IMG/VR virus record: IMGVR_UViG_3300031578_000012 | Direction: 5' to 3' (one strand) | Source: a virus | DNA: 64,000 bases | Shown: positions 9,000 to 17,242 of the stretch, piece by piece | Layout of the letters: every line of letters begins with the position of its first letter | Numbering within the stretch: position 1 is the stretch's first letter | Translations under genes and position numbers: made by a program | The notes under the pieces: model-generated | What the model saw: only the letters and a program-made list of their open reading frames with translations | Told to the model about the DNA's origin: nothing | Database searches by the model: none

Positions 9000-11900
9000 G
9001 CGATAATCCATGGTTAACTAGAATAAAAGAGCCACCTTCGGTAGAGGAATTACCGGTTGAAGCGGCAGAACAGACCGGTCAAGCCGGTTTGCCTGTACCT
9101 AGTAATAATCCGTGGTTGGATAGGATTCCAAAGGAGCTAAGAACAGCGGTCAGTTCTACTTTTGTAGCGCCGGCTGTTCAGTATGATCCTATAAAGGAGC
9201 TTTTGGACCAGGGATTTACTTTCGAAGAAGCTGTAGAGACTGCTCACGCAGATTATGATAAGCAGCTTAAGAGCACTAAAAAATCTATCCGTGATGATAT
9301 CAATAATATAGTTGAGGGAGGTTATTATGATTATTACTATGGAGTAGGTACCAAGAAGCAAAAAGTGGATCGTAAGGTTAAGCGGGGTCAGGATGAACTT
9401 ACTGACAAGGCTTTAGATATTGCTCTTGACGAGATAAATAGAGAATTGTTTGAGGAGGTGGGAGACAATAGGCTTGGTATTGAGTTGAGTAAGATAGCCG
9501 GTATAGATATAGGAGAGATAACAGATCCGGTTGTATTTGGGAAAGCGCTGGATCAATTAGATCGTCAGGTAGCTTTAGATGTTAATAAGATATTACCAGA
9601 TGAAGCACTCAAGCGGGTAGACATTCAGAATCAAATCGATGCGGAGTTAGCAAGAAAGCCAACTGAAGAAGTACCTACAGATTGGCCTAAGATACGTAGT
9701 CTTCAGACTCAGTTATCAAGTACTGGAATTGTATTCTATGATCCTATTACTGGTGAGCGTGTGATGGAAGGAGAAGAGATGTCTGAGGAATCTCAGGAGG
9801 TATTAAATCTTATAAAACAGTTTGAACAGGAATATGGAGAGAGGCTAACCACTAAAAAAATGTTGGCCGATGAGTTCATGTTAACTTACGGAGCCTGGTT
9901 AGATGCTAAAGATAGGTTTGAAGAGCATGTCCTTCCATATAGGGAGGAAACTATTCGGCGTGGTGAAACCATGGTAGGTGATAGAGGAATTTCTTCTACT
10001 CATTATCTTTTCAGGCAAATGGGGGCTCCTCTTAATGTTAAAGCTTATCAAGCTAAGAAAACAGAACTGGATGCCCAGATGTATGCGTTATCTATGCTAT
10101 ACTGGGCTAATTATTCTCCAGAGAACATAAAGAAAGATTTAGGTTATCATTTACAGACTTCTGCAAAGGCGTTTACTACTGGGGCTCTAATTCCTATGAT
10201 GTTAAGATCTTCTGAATATAATGAATTATTCGGAACTCCAGATAGAGAAGTGTTGGATATTATGAAGAGGGCCATGTTAGAATTGAATATTCCTATGACT
10301 GAGGGAGAGAAAAAGAAATTTGATGTTACATTAGGGGAGAAAGTTAATCAATTAGGCTCTGGTTTATTTGGGTTCATGATACCTTTAGGGGCTTTAGGTA
10401 AAGTTGAGAAAGCTGCGTGGACTTTAACAAAGTTAGATGATGCTGTAAGATTATTATCTCAAGGCAGCAAATTAAAAAAGATATTAGCGGGATCAATAAA
10501 GGTCGCTTCTGAGGAAGGTAAATTTTTATTGGCTGGGGCTCCTGGTGGGGCTGGTGGTGGTTTCTCTACGGGTACGCAAATCGCTAATGCAGCTTGGGGT
10601 AGGGTAGTCAAATCGGGGGCGAATATATCTCCATGGACCAGGTTTGTTATGGGTATGGTTACGGGGGGTACCGGTATGACTGCTGGTATGTACGGGGCTC
10701 AGACTATGGAGGCTGGTGTAGAGGCTCTTCTTAGTGATTCTAAACTTAGTCATGAGTTGAAGACTATGTTTGGGGATCTGTCTATTCCAGAGGAGCGAAA
10801 GGAATTCTATGAAGAGTTATTAGCTAGGGTTATGGTGAACATGGCATTTGCTGGGGCGCATTCTAGGTTTTCTGATCCTAAGTATGATGGGTTGAAGCAA
10901 ATGGAGAAGGATTTTCGTAAGGCCGGCCGTGAAGAAGATGCAAATGAAGTTAAAACTGTGATAGATGGGTCTAAGCAGGCTGATAAGATACTGTTGGAGC
11001 TTGGATCACAGGGGCGTATAGGTAAAGAACTTACTCTTGGTGAGGAGGGTATGCGGATGCGTGAGAGCAATAAAGAAGCAGCACGTAGGGCCAAGGCTGA
11101 AAAATTAGCAACAACTTATCAGGAAAGGCTTACAAAATTGAAAAGCGAACAGCCAGAACTATTTTGGTCTGTAGATGTCCCTGACCCAGAGGTTCTAGCT
11201 ACAGCTGCTGAGACTGGTCGTTTAGTAGATGTTGGTGGGGGTATGGGTCTTGTTACTCCAGAAGGGAGGATGATAGGGTTGTTTAGGTACAAACCTGGGG
11301 CTAAAGGAGTAGCTAAAGCCGTACAAGAGAAGAGAATTGAAGAAGGAGGCGATCATTTAGATGTTTATGATATTACCCCAGAGGGTAAGAAAACATCTTT
11401 GGTTGATAATTATAAGAAGCAGGGATTAGTGGTTGTCGGAAGGCTTAAGTGGAATGAGAAGTTGGCTCCAAAGGATACTCCACAAAAAGTAAAAGATCAG
11501 AAGCCAGATGTAGTATTTATGGTGTTGGATAAGAATAATGTATTAAAGCCGGAGGATCTTAATAAAAGATTTAACTCTTATAATAAGGTTGTAGAGTATC
11601 AGCAGGAGATGGTGGCTGAGATGCGAAGAAAACAAAAGACAGGGGAAGCTACCGATGCATTTTTTGGTGATGTATCTGCAGGAAGGAAAGGCATGTCTGA
11701 CGTTGAGTATGAACCTACATTAGAAATTACTCCCGAAAAGCATGGTGAATTTATTAAGCATTATAATCCTCATAGAGGTAATTTTGATGATCACATAAGT
11801 AAGTCTATACCAGGTCACAAAGAGATTCAGGTCGCTACAGGAGATGCCATTATTAAAACCATATCTAGTGGTAAGGTTGCGGATATAGGGGGTTCTGAGA

Positions 11901-14900
11901 ATAGTTGGGCCAAGGCTATTACTGAAATGTCTAAAGGTAAGATAGAAACCGTTACAGTGGATCCACAGGAAGACATGCATAGACATAGTGATAAGACTCC
12001 TGTTAAAGGAAATACTTTTGTGGAGAAACCAATAATGCATGAATGGGAGGGTAAAACTCCGTGGAAGCCAAAACGTGAATATGATGTAGTTCATGAGAGT
12101 ATGGTGTTTCAGTTTGTCTCAAACGAGCGTAAAGCTCAACTTGATTATATCAGGGATAATGTGTTGAAAAAGGACGGGCTGCTGTTGTTAGAGGAGAAGT
12201 TCATCCCGAAAGGCAGTAAAGAATCCGAGACGAAGACGGATGAATTTGGAAGAAAAATAGTCACTGATTCAGAAATGGAAGTAGCTGAGGGGTTGGATAT
12301 GATTCATGGAGCACTTCAGGAAAGTAAGGGTAAGTTTACTCTTACAGATAAAATAAAACAAGCGGAAATAGTGGGTAAAAATCTTGTTATAAGAGATGCT
12401 GACCATATCAATGAACTTAAGAAAGATGCTAGTGATGCTATAAAGAAAATAGATAAGGCCAAAAAAGATGGAGGCGTTTTCAAGATAGGAGAGATGGAAG
12501 TTGAGGGAGTCGAACTTAACATGTGGCGTGACAATTATGAACGGAGAATATATCGTTTAGATAAATTACAGGAGTTTAAGGAAGATAAAAATGTGGTATC
12601 ACAATTAGAGTGGTCAAAGAATGAAGCTAAGAAGGATGAATACAAGGCCAAGTATTTCAAGCCAGAGGAATTGACGAAGAAGAAGGAAGAGGTTATCTTA
12701 GGCATGCATGAGAACATGGTTTCGAATGAAGCTCTGGAGCAGCTTCTGGTAGAAAGTTTTGATCATGTGTTTCGGTATTGGGATAGCGGTAATTTTAAAG
12801 GTTATGCGGCAACCAATAGTTTGACTAAAGCTCAGGCGTTTGCACAAAATATAGGAAATACAGGGCAGAGTGAGTTTAGTTCTTCTCCAATAGAGTTTAT
12901 TAAAGGAGGTTCTGGAAAGCCTCCGAAGACTCCTATTCAACGCAGGATTGATAGAGCATTAGGTATACCAAGAGAAAAGAAGAAAATTGTTGTAGAGGAG
13001 TATGCTGCCTTAAAGGATCAATTAAGGTTAGAAGCAAAGGTAGGGAAGGAGATTGTAAGTAATGCTGCAGAGGTGCGGGAGATATTTGCGGATTTCATTC
13101 GGTCCAAGAAAGGTATTGCAGGACTGGATGCTAAACTTTCTACAGCAATGATGAATAAGATAAATAGGATAGATTTTACTAAGCCAAAGACCATCCAGGA
13201 AGCTATGGATTATATTGATCGGGTTTTAGAAGATGCTAGATTTCGTCAGGAGTTGATTGAGTTTGAAAGTACATATGAGAATATAGAAAAAATCGTTGAT
13301 CCAACTACTTATGAGAAGAAGGAGGGTGGGATTTTAAAAGGTAAGGATAAGTTCTTTATTGAGACTAAAGATCAGTTGGTCGAGTTAGGAAAGGAGGCCA
13401 GGGAAGGTAATTGGGAAGAAGCTCAACAGAAACTTTTGGATAAAATAAAGAATCTTGAAGGGGAATATCCTACGGCTGAAGAGTATTTGGAAATCGAGCG
13501 TTTAGGTTTCCAGGGGATTTTAAACGAGACCTTCAAGGGAAATTTAGCAGAACTTAAAGGCAGGTTTCAGGATCTTAAGGAGATACGTAAAGACGGGCGT
13601 ACTAAAGCAGCAGCAGCTCGTATTGCTTATAGGGACGCTATGGATACTGTTAGGGGCTCTATATTTAATATTCTTACAGGGCAGGGAGAGAAAATGCCGG
13701 GATTGACTCCATCTGAAAAAGCTAATTTTAGAATGTCTTCAGCTAAGAAATACTTGAGTAGGCTTGATTGGGTAGCTACAGATTCTTGGCCTACATATCT
13801 TGATAAGTTATCAAAGAACGATAAGACTTCTAAGCCTTATCGGAGTTATCTTAGCACGTTTCTTCTTGATATGAAGACCGCTTCTGAGCAGGGAGAGTAT
13901 AAAGGCCTTGAAACCCATATAAACACGATATCAGATAAATATAAAGAAATTAATGGTTTAAAGTCTAGTAGGGATGTGGTTAAATTATCCATAGAACGTA
14001 CTAAAATGATTGAAGAAGTGTCTTGGATAGATGATATATCTGGAGAACGGAAGGTAGAGCAGATGACTCAGAATCAAATGTATGATAGGTGGATGAAACT
14101 GCAGGATCCAACACTGGTTCGTAGTATGGAGACCATGGGATTATTAAGAGAGGGTGAACTAACAAATAAAGCTAAAGCCTTGGAGGAGGCGTTGTTACCA
14201 GAAACAAGAGAGTGGGCAGATTGGCAATTATATGAGTTTTATCCGGAATATTATAAAGGTATAAATGAGGTGTATCGTAAAATATTTGGTACAGATATGT
14301 CGTATAATCCATTTTATTCTCCATTATTCCCGGAGGTAGAAGGAAAGAAGGCTCCACGTGAAGATCAGCTATTGGCTGATGTTACCATTAGAAATACTGC
14401 AAATAATTCTAGCTTAAAGGCTCGTACCAAGCATGGGTTAACTTTGCGTACTATGGATGGGGACAGGGTTTTAATTAACCATGTACAGAAAATGGAGTTT
14501 TTTAAGAATTGGGCAGAAACTATACGTACTTATGAAGAAATATTTTCAAATGGGGATATACGTGAAACTATACGACAGAATTTTGGTGATAAATATGTGG
14601 AATATGGAGATTGGTGGATAGATCAGTTTGCCCGTAGGCCTAAACAGATTACGGAGTTAGATCGTGTTACAACTAAGATCCGCACAACATTTACTTTAGG
14701 TTCATTAGGTCTTAAAGCTGTTCCGCTAGTTAAGCAGCTTACTTCCATACCGGCTTTTATGGATAATATACCTATCAAAGAGTTTGTTAATCCTGTAACT
14801 GCCGTAGATAATGCAACTGATTTTTTTAGTAAGAAAAAGAGATCACAATTAGAGGATACAGAAGGATATGGTTGGGATGTATTAATGACTTCTGTTTATA

Positions 14901-15901
14901 TGCAGGAGCGTGTACGTAAAGGATGGGAGCGAGATGTTATGCTTGTTATGCAAAAGGATTATCAAAACGTTTTGAATTCTGGCCTGGATTGGAAGAGCAA
15001 CATGATGTTTTTGACAAAATGGGGAGATAGGGCTGCTATTTTTGTAGGGGGCTGGCCGGTGTATAAATATCATTATAAACAGGCTATTAATGATAATTTG
15101 TCTCCTAAAGAAGCACATACTATAGCGATAAAGGAGTTTGAAACAGCTGCTAGGAGTTCACAGCAGTCTGGTATGGTGGCGGATTTATCTTTTGTACAGC
15201 AAGCTAATCCATATTTAAAAATGCTGACTATGTATAAGACAGCCCCATTTCAATATCATAGAAAAGCGGTTGGAGCTGTCCGTAATTTAATAGCTGGTAG
15301 GGAGACCTGGGATAAGGCTCTTAAGACCGTAGCAATTTATCATGTCATTATTCCAGCTATGTTTCAATTGACTGCAAATGGGTTTAATTGGGACGGGGAA
15401 GAAATGTTACGTTCTGCTTTGATAGGTAATTTTAATAATATGTTTGCTGTAGGTGATGCTGTTCAGGGAATAATGGATATATTAGGTAAGGAGCCGTGGT
15501 CTTATCAAGCTTCTCCTATTGAATCTGTTCCAGTTGATGTGGCAAAAGTTATAGGGGATTTAGGAGCCCTTGATTATGATGATATTACTTTCTATGATGT
15601 GTGGGAAGCATTAGATAATTTGGCTAGGCTTACTGGGAATGTAACCGGGTATCCTACAGACGCTTCTTATAATACACTAGATGGACTATTAGATATTATT
15701 TCAGATGATACTAATTATCCTGTTCGTAGGATTCTTGGGTGGAGTGAGTACAGATTAGATCGGGGATATGACCTGCCAAACGCGCTTCAAAATTGGTTAT
15801 TGAACAATCCGGATGCAAGTTTAGAGGAAATAAAAACTAAGGAATTAGAGATAAAAAATATTGAAGGAAGAGAGTTGAAGCCTAGGATTATAGGCGAATA
15901 A
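8996..15901 (+). CDS. Giant (2301 aa) polyvalent virion protein with an embedded CmoA-like SAM-dependent methyltransferase domain
   Basis: 6.9-kb ORF. The segment at nt ~11760-12230 carries NFDDHISKSIPGH, VADIGGSENSW, VTVDPQEDM, DVVHESMVFQFVS and LKKDGLLLLEEKF, which are collinear with the CmoA motifs FDERV..SVPGY, VYDLGCSLG, AVDNSPAM, ASMVVLNFTLQFL and LNPGGALVLSEKF. Gly-rich and hydrophobic segments flank it. Confidence 0.85.
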   Translation: MSDNPWLTRIKEPPSVEELPVEAAEQTGQAGLPVPSNNPWLDRIPKELRTAVSSTFVAPAVQYDPIKELLDQGFTFEEAVETAHADYDKQLKSTKKSIRDDINNIVEGGYYDYYYGVGTKKQKVDRKVKRGQDELTDKALDIALDEINRELFEEVGDNRLGIELSKIAGIDIGEITDPVVFGKALDQLDRQVALDVNKILPDEALKRVDIQNQIDAELARKPTEEVPTDWPKIRSLQTQLSSTGIVFYDPITGERVMEGEEMSEESQEVLNLIKQFEQEYGERLTTKKMLADEFMLTYGAWLDAKDRFEEHVLPYREETIRRGETMVGDRGISSTHYLFRQMGAPLNVKAYQAKKTELDAQMYALSMLYWANYSPENIKKDLGYHLQTSAKAFTTGALIPMMLRSSEYNELFGTPDREVLDIMKRAMLELNIPMTEGEKKKFDVTLGEKVNQLGSGLFGFMIPLGALGKVEKAAWTLTKLDDAVRLLSQGSKLKKILAGSIKVASEEGKFLLAGAPGGAGGGFSTGTQIANAAWGRVVKSGANISPWTRFVMGMVTGGTGMTAGMYGAQTMEAGVEALLSDSKLSHELKTMFGDLSIPEERKEFYEELLARVMVNMAFAGAHSRFSDPKYDGLKQMEKDFRKAGREEDANEVKTVIDGSKQADKILLELGSQGRIGKELTLGEEGMRMRESNKEAARRAKAEKLATTYQERLTKLKSEQPELFWSVDVPDPEVLATAAETGRLVDVGGGMGLVTPEGRMIGLFRYKPGAKGVAKAVQEKRIEEGGDHLDVYDITPEGKKTSLVDNYKKQGLVVVGRLKWNEKLAPKDTPQKVKDQKPDVVFMVLDKNNVLKPEDLNKRFNSYNKVVEYQQEMVAEMRRKQKTGEATDAFFGDVSAGRKGMSDVEYEPTLEITPEKHGEFIKHYNPHRGNFDDHISKSIPGHKEIQVATGDAIIKTISSGKVADIGGSENSWAKAITEMSKGKIETVTVDPQEDMHRHSDKTPVKGNTFVEKPIMHEWEGKTPWKPKREYDVVHESMVFQFVSNERKAQLDYIRDNVLKKDGLLLLEEKFIPKGSKESETKTDEFGRKIVTDSEMEVAEGLDMIHGALQESKGKFTLTDKIKQAEIVGKNLVIRDADHINELKKDASDAIKKIDKAKKDGGVFKIGEMEVEGVELNMWRDNYERRIYRLDKLQEFKEDKNVVSQLEWSKNEAKKDEYKAKYFKPEELTKKKEEVILGMHENMVSNEALEQLLVESFDHVFRYWDSGNFKGYAATNSLTKAQAFAQNIGNTGQSEFSSSPIEFIKGGSGKPPKTPIQRRIDRALGIPREKKKIVVEEYAALKDQLRLEAKVGKEIVSNAAEVREIFADFIRSKKGIAGLDAKLSTAMMNKINRIDFTKPKTIQEAMDYIDRVLEDARFRQELIEFESTYENIEKIVDPTTYEKKEGGILKGKDKFFIETKDQLVELGKEAREGNWEEAQQKLLDKIKNLEGEYPTAEEYLEIERLGFQGILNETFKGNLAELKGRFQDLKEIRKDGRTKAAAARIAYRDAMDTVRGSIFNILTGQGEKMPGLTPSEKANFRMSSAKKYLSRLDWVATDSWPTYLDKLSKNDKTSKPYRSYLSTFLLDMKTASEQGEYKGLETHINTISDKYKEINGLKSSRDVVKLSIERTKMIEEVSWIDDISGERKVEQMTQNQMYDRWMKLQDPTLVRSMETMGLLREGELTNKAKALEEALLPETREWADWQLYEFYPEYYKGINEVYRKIFGTDMSYNPFYSPLFPEVEGKKAPREDQLLADVTIRNTANNSSLKARTKHGLTLRTMDGDRVLINHVQKMEFFKNWAETIRTYEEIFSNGDIRETIRQNFGDKYVEYGDWWIDQFARRPKQITELDRVTTKIRTTFTLGSLGLKAVPLVKQLTSIPAFMDNIPIKEFVNPVTAVDNATDFFSKKKRSQLEDTEGYGWDVLMTSVYMQERVRKGWERDVMLVMQKDYQNVLNSGLDWKSNMMFLTKWGDRAAIFVGGWPVYKYHYKQAINDNLSPKEAHTIAIKEFETAARSSQQSGMVADLSFVQQANPYLKMLTMYKTAPFQYHRKAVGAVRNLIAGRETWDKALKTVAIYHVIIPAMFQLTANGFNWDGEEMLRSALIGNFNNMFAVGDAVQGIMDILGKEPWSYQASPIESVPVDVAKVIGDLGALDYDDITFYDVWEALDNLARLTGNVTGYPTDASYNTLDGLLDIISDDTNYPVRRILGWSEYRLDRGYDLPNALQNWLLNNPDASLEEIKTKELEIKNIEGRELKPRIIGE

Positions 15902-15905
15902 TGTG

Positions 15906-15913
15906 TAACTTTG
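15906..15913 (+). promoter_or_regulatory. TAnnTTTG box (TAACTTTG)
   Basis: Lies in the 27-nt gap after the giant gene, 15 nt upstream of the ATG at 15929. Confidence 0.35.
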
Positions 15914-15928
15914 TAAAAATATAAAATT

Positions 15929-16669
15929 ATGGCAAATTTCCAGATTACAATAACAAATCCTATTACCTTACAGGTAGATATTACGGATCAGAATGATGTC
16001 CTTACTATAGTGGACCATTCTAATTATGATGATGCAAGTCCAGAAGCTGGTCATAACCAGGCAGATTTTGCTGACTTGAGGCGGATGAAGATTACTTTAC
16101 CTACAGGTACGGAGTATCTTCTGTCTTCCTTGTATCCGCTTGAAGGTGATATAACTTTGGCTGTACCTGCGGGTGCTGTGTTACCTATGTCTACCGCATA
16201 TGCTTATACTACCGGAGACGGAAAGTATATAATTGAATTGGTAGTAGTACCTACTTGGGGAACTGGGTATTCATATCTTTTTAGTACTGCGCCCTATGTG
16301 TATTACGATGGGGTAGTGTACAGGTGTCTCCAGAATAGTTCTGCAAATATACCGGATGAGGCGCCAACATATTGGGAGCCGCAAGCTACAGTATCGACCG
16401 TATCATCCAAGTATAAACTGACTCAGAATATTGTTCCCATCAGCGACATGAAGGAAGTATGGGCCAGGCTGGTGTTTAATGTGAATTGCGTAAATAATAA
16501 AGTTGGTCCAAGGTATGAAGATTTATTCCGGGATCCTCAATTTATTGATGCAGTGCGATTATGTCTGCTTATGGATAGTATACCGGTTCTTATGAAGGTA
16601 GATGCCTGGACAGAGGTAGCAATGAATGTAAACTTTGCCAAGGAAATTAGCGCTAAATATGGATATTAA
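15929..16669 (+). CDS. Virion-module protein (246 aa)
   Basis: ORF with an ATG start, positioned between the giant protein and the fibre genes. Confidence 0.7.
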   Translation: MANFQITITNPITLQVDITDQNDVLTIVDHSNYDDASPEAGHNQADFADLRRMKITLPTGTEYLLSSLYPLEGDITLAVPAGAVLPMSTAYAYTTGDGKYIIELVVVPTWGTGYSYLFSTAPYVYYDGVVYRCLQNSSANIPDEAPTYWEPQATVSTVSSKYKLTQNIVPISDMKEVWARLVFNVNCVNNKVGPRYEDLFRDPQFIDAVRLCLLMDSIPVLMKVDAWTEVAMNVNFAKEISAKYGY

Positions 16670-16706
16670 TCGATGGGAATATGTATAATTTATTAACATA
16701 ATAATC

Positions 16707-16934
16707 ATGGGAAGTTTTACAGCAGAAGAGAAATTAGCAAGAGACGTTACTCGTAAGGCAGCGTCTGATCTGTATGGGACCGTACCAGGCAATGTGCTTA
16801 GTGGGAATATCCGTTATTTTGAACTGATGAACAGGGCGATGATTTTGATAATTCTGGAAGATGAGGATACGAATGATTTTCTCACGGATGCCGAACAAGA
16901 TACCTTGGAAGGAAAATTGATAATTAATTCATAG
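16707..16934 (+). CDS. Small acidic protein (75 aa)
   Basis: ORF in the operon. Its stop overlaps the next start. Confidence 0.5.
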   Translation: MGSFTAEEKLARDVTRKAASDLYGTVPGNVLSGNIRYFELMNRAMILIILEDEDTNDFLTDAEQDTLEGKLIINS

Positions 16935-17218
16935 TGCCTGACCTATTTAGTAATAAACCACAAAAGGTTTTCGTGGAGGGAGAGAATCCAGATAACCAGG
17001 TACCGCTTGGTGAAGATGATGACAATATATTCACCGAAGGGCAGGACGGAGTTGTGGGTAACGAAATTGATTTTAATGATGATGTCTTTACTGAGGGACA
17101 GGAGGGGCAGTGCGGAGGTGATATTGATTTTAATGATGATGTCTTTACTGAGGGACAGGAGGGTGTTATAGAGTCGGAATTATTTGAAACTGGTGTATTT
17201 ATCCCTGGTTGGAAATAA
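16934..17218 (+). CDS. Acidic tandem-repeat protein (GTG start)
   Basis: 94 aa with three copies of the (I)DFNDDVFTEGQEG-type unit. The GTG overlaps the upstream TAG by 1 nt. Confidence 0.5.
   Translation: MPDLFSNKPQKVFVEGENPDNQVPLGEDDDNIFTEGQDGVVGNEIDFNDDVFTEGQEGQCGGDIDFNDDVFTEGQEGVIESELFETGVFIPGWK
17066..17163 (+). repeat. Tandem repeat, period 57 nt (two 41-nt identical cores)
   Basis: attgattttaatgatgatgtctttactgagggacaggaggg occurs at 17066-17106 and again at 17123-17163. Confidence 0.9.
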
Positions 17219-17242
17219 GCATAATTAATATAGTATTTTTGT

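Noticed and set aside
17234-17241. TATTTTTG box as the promoter of the fibre gene 17243..19891
   Set aside because: The box ends 1 nt before the ATG, so a transcript starting downstream of it would lack the start codon. It is probably a chance match in AT-rich sequence, or it serves another purpose.
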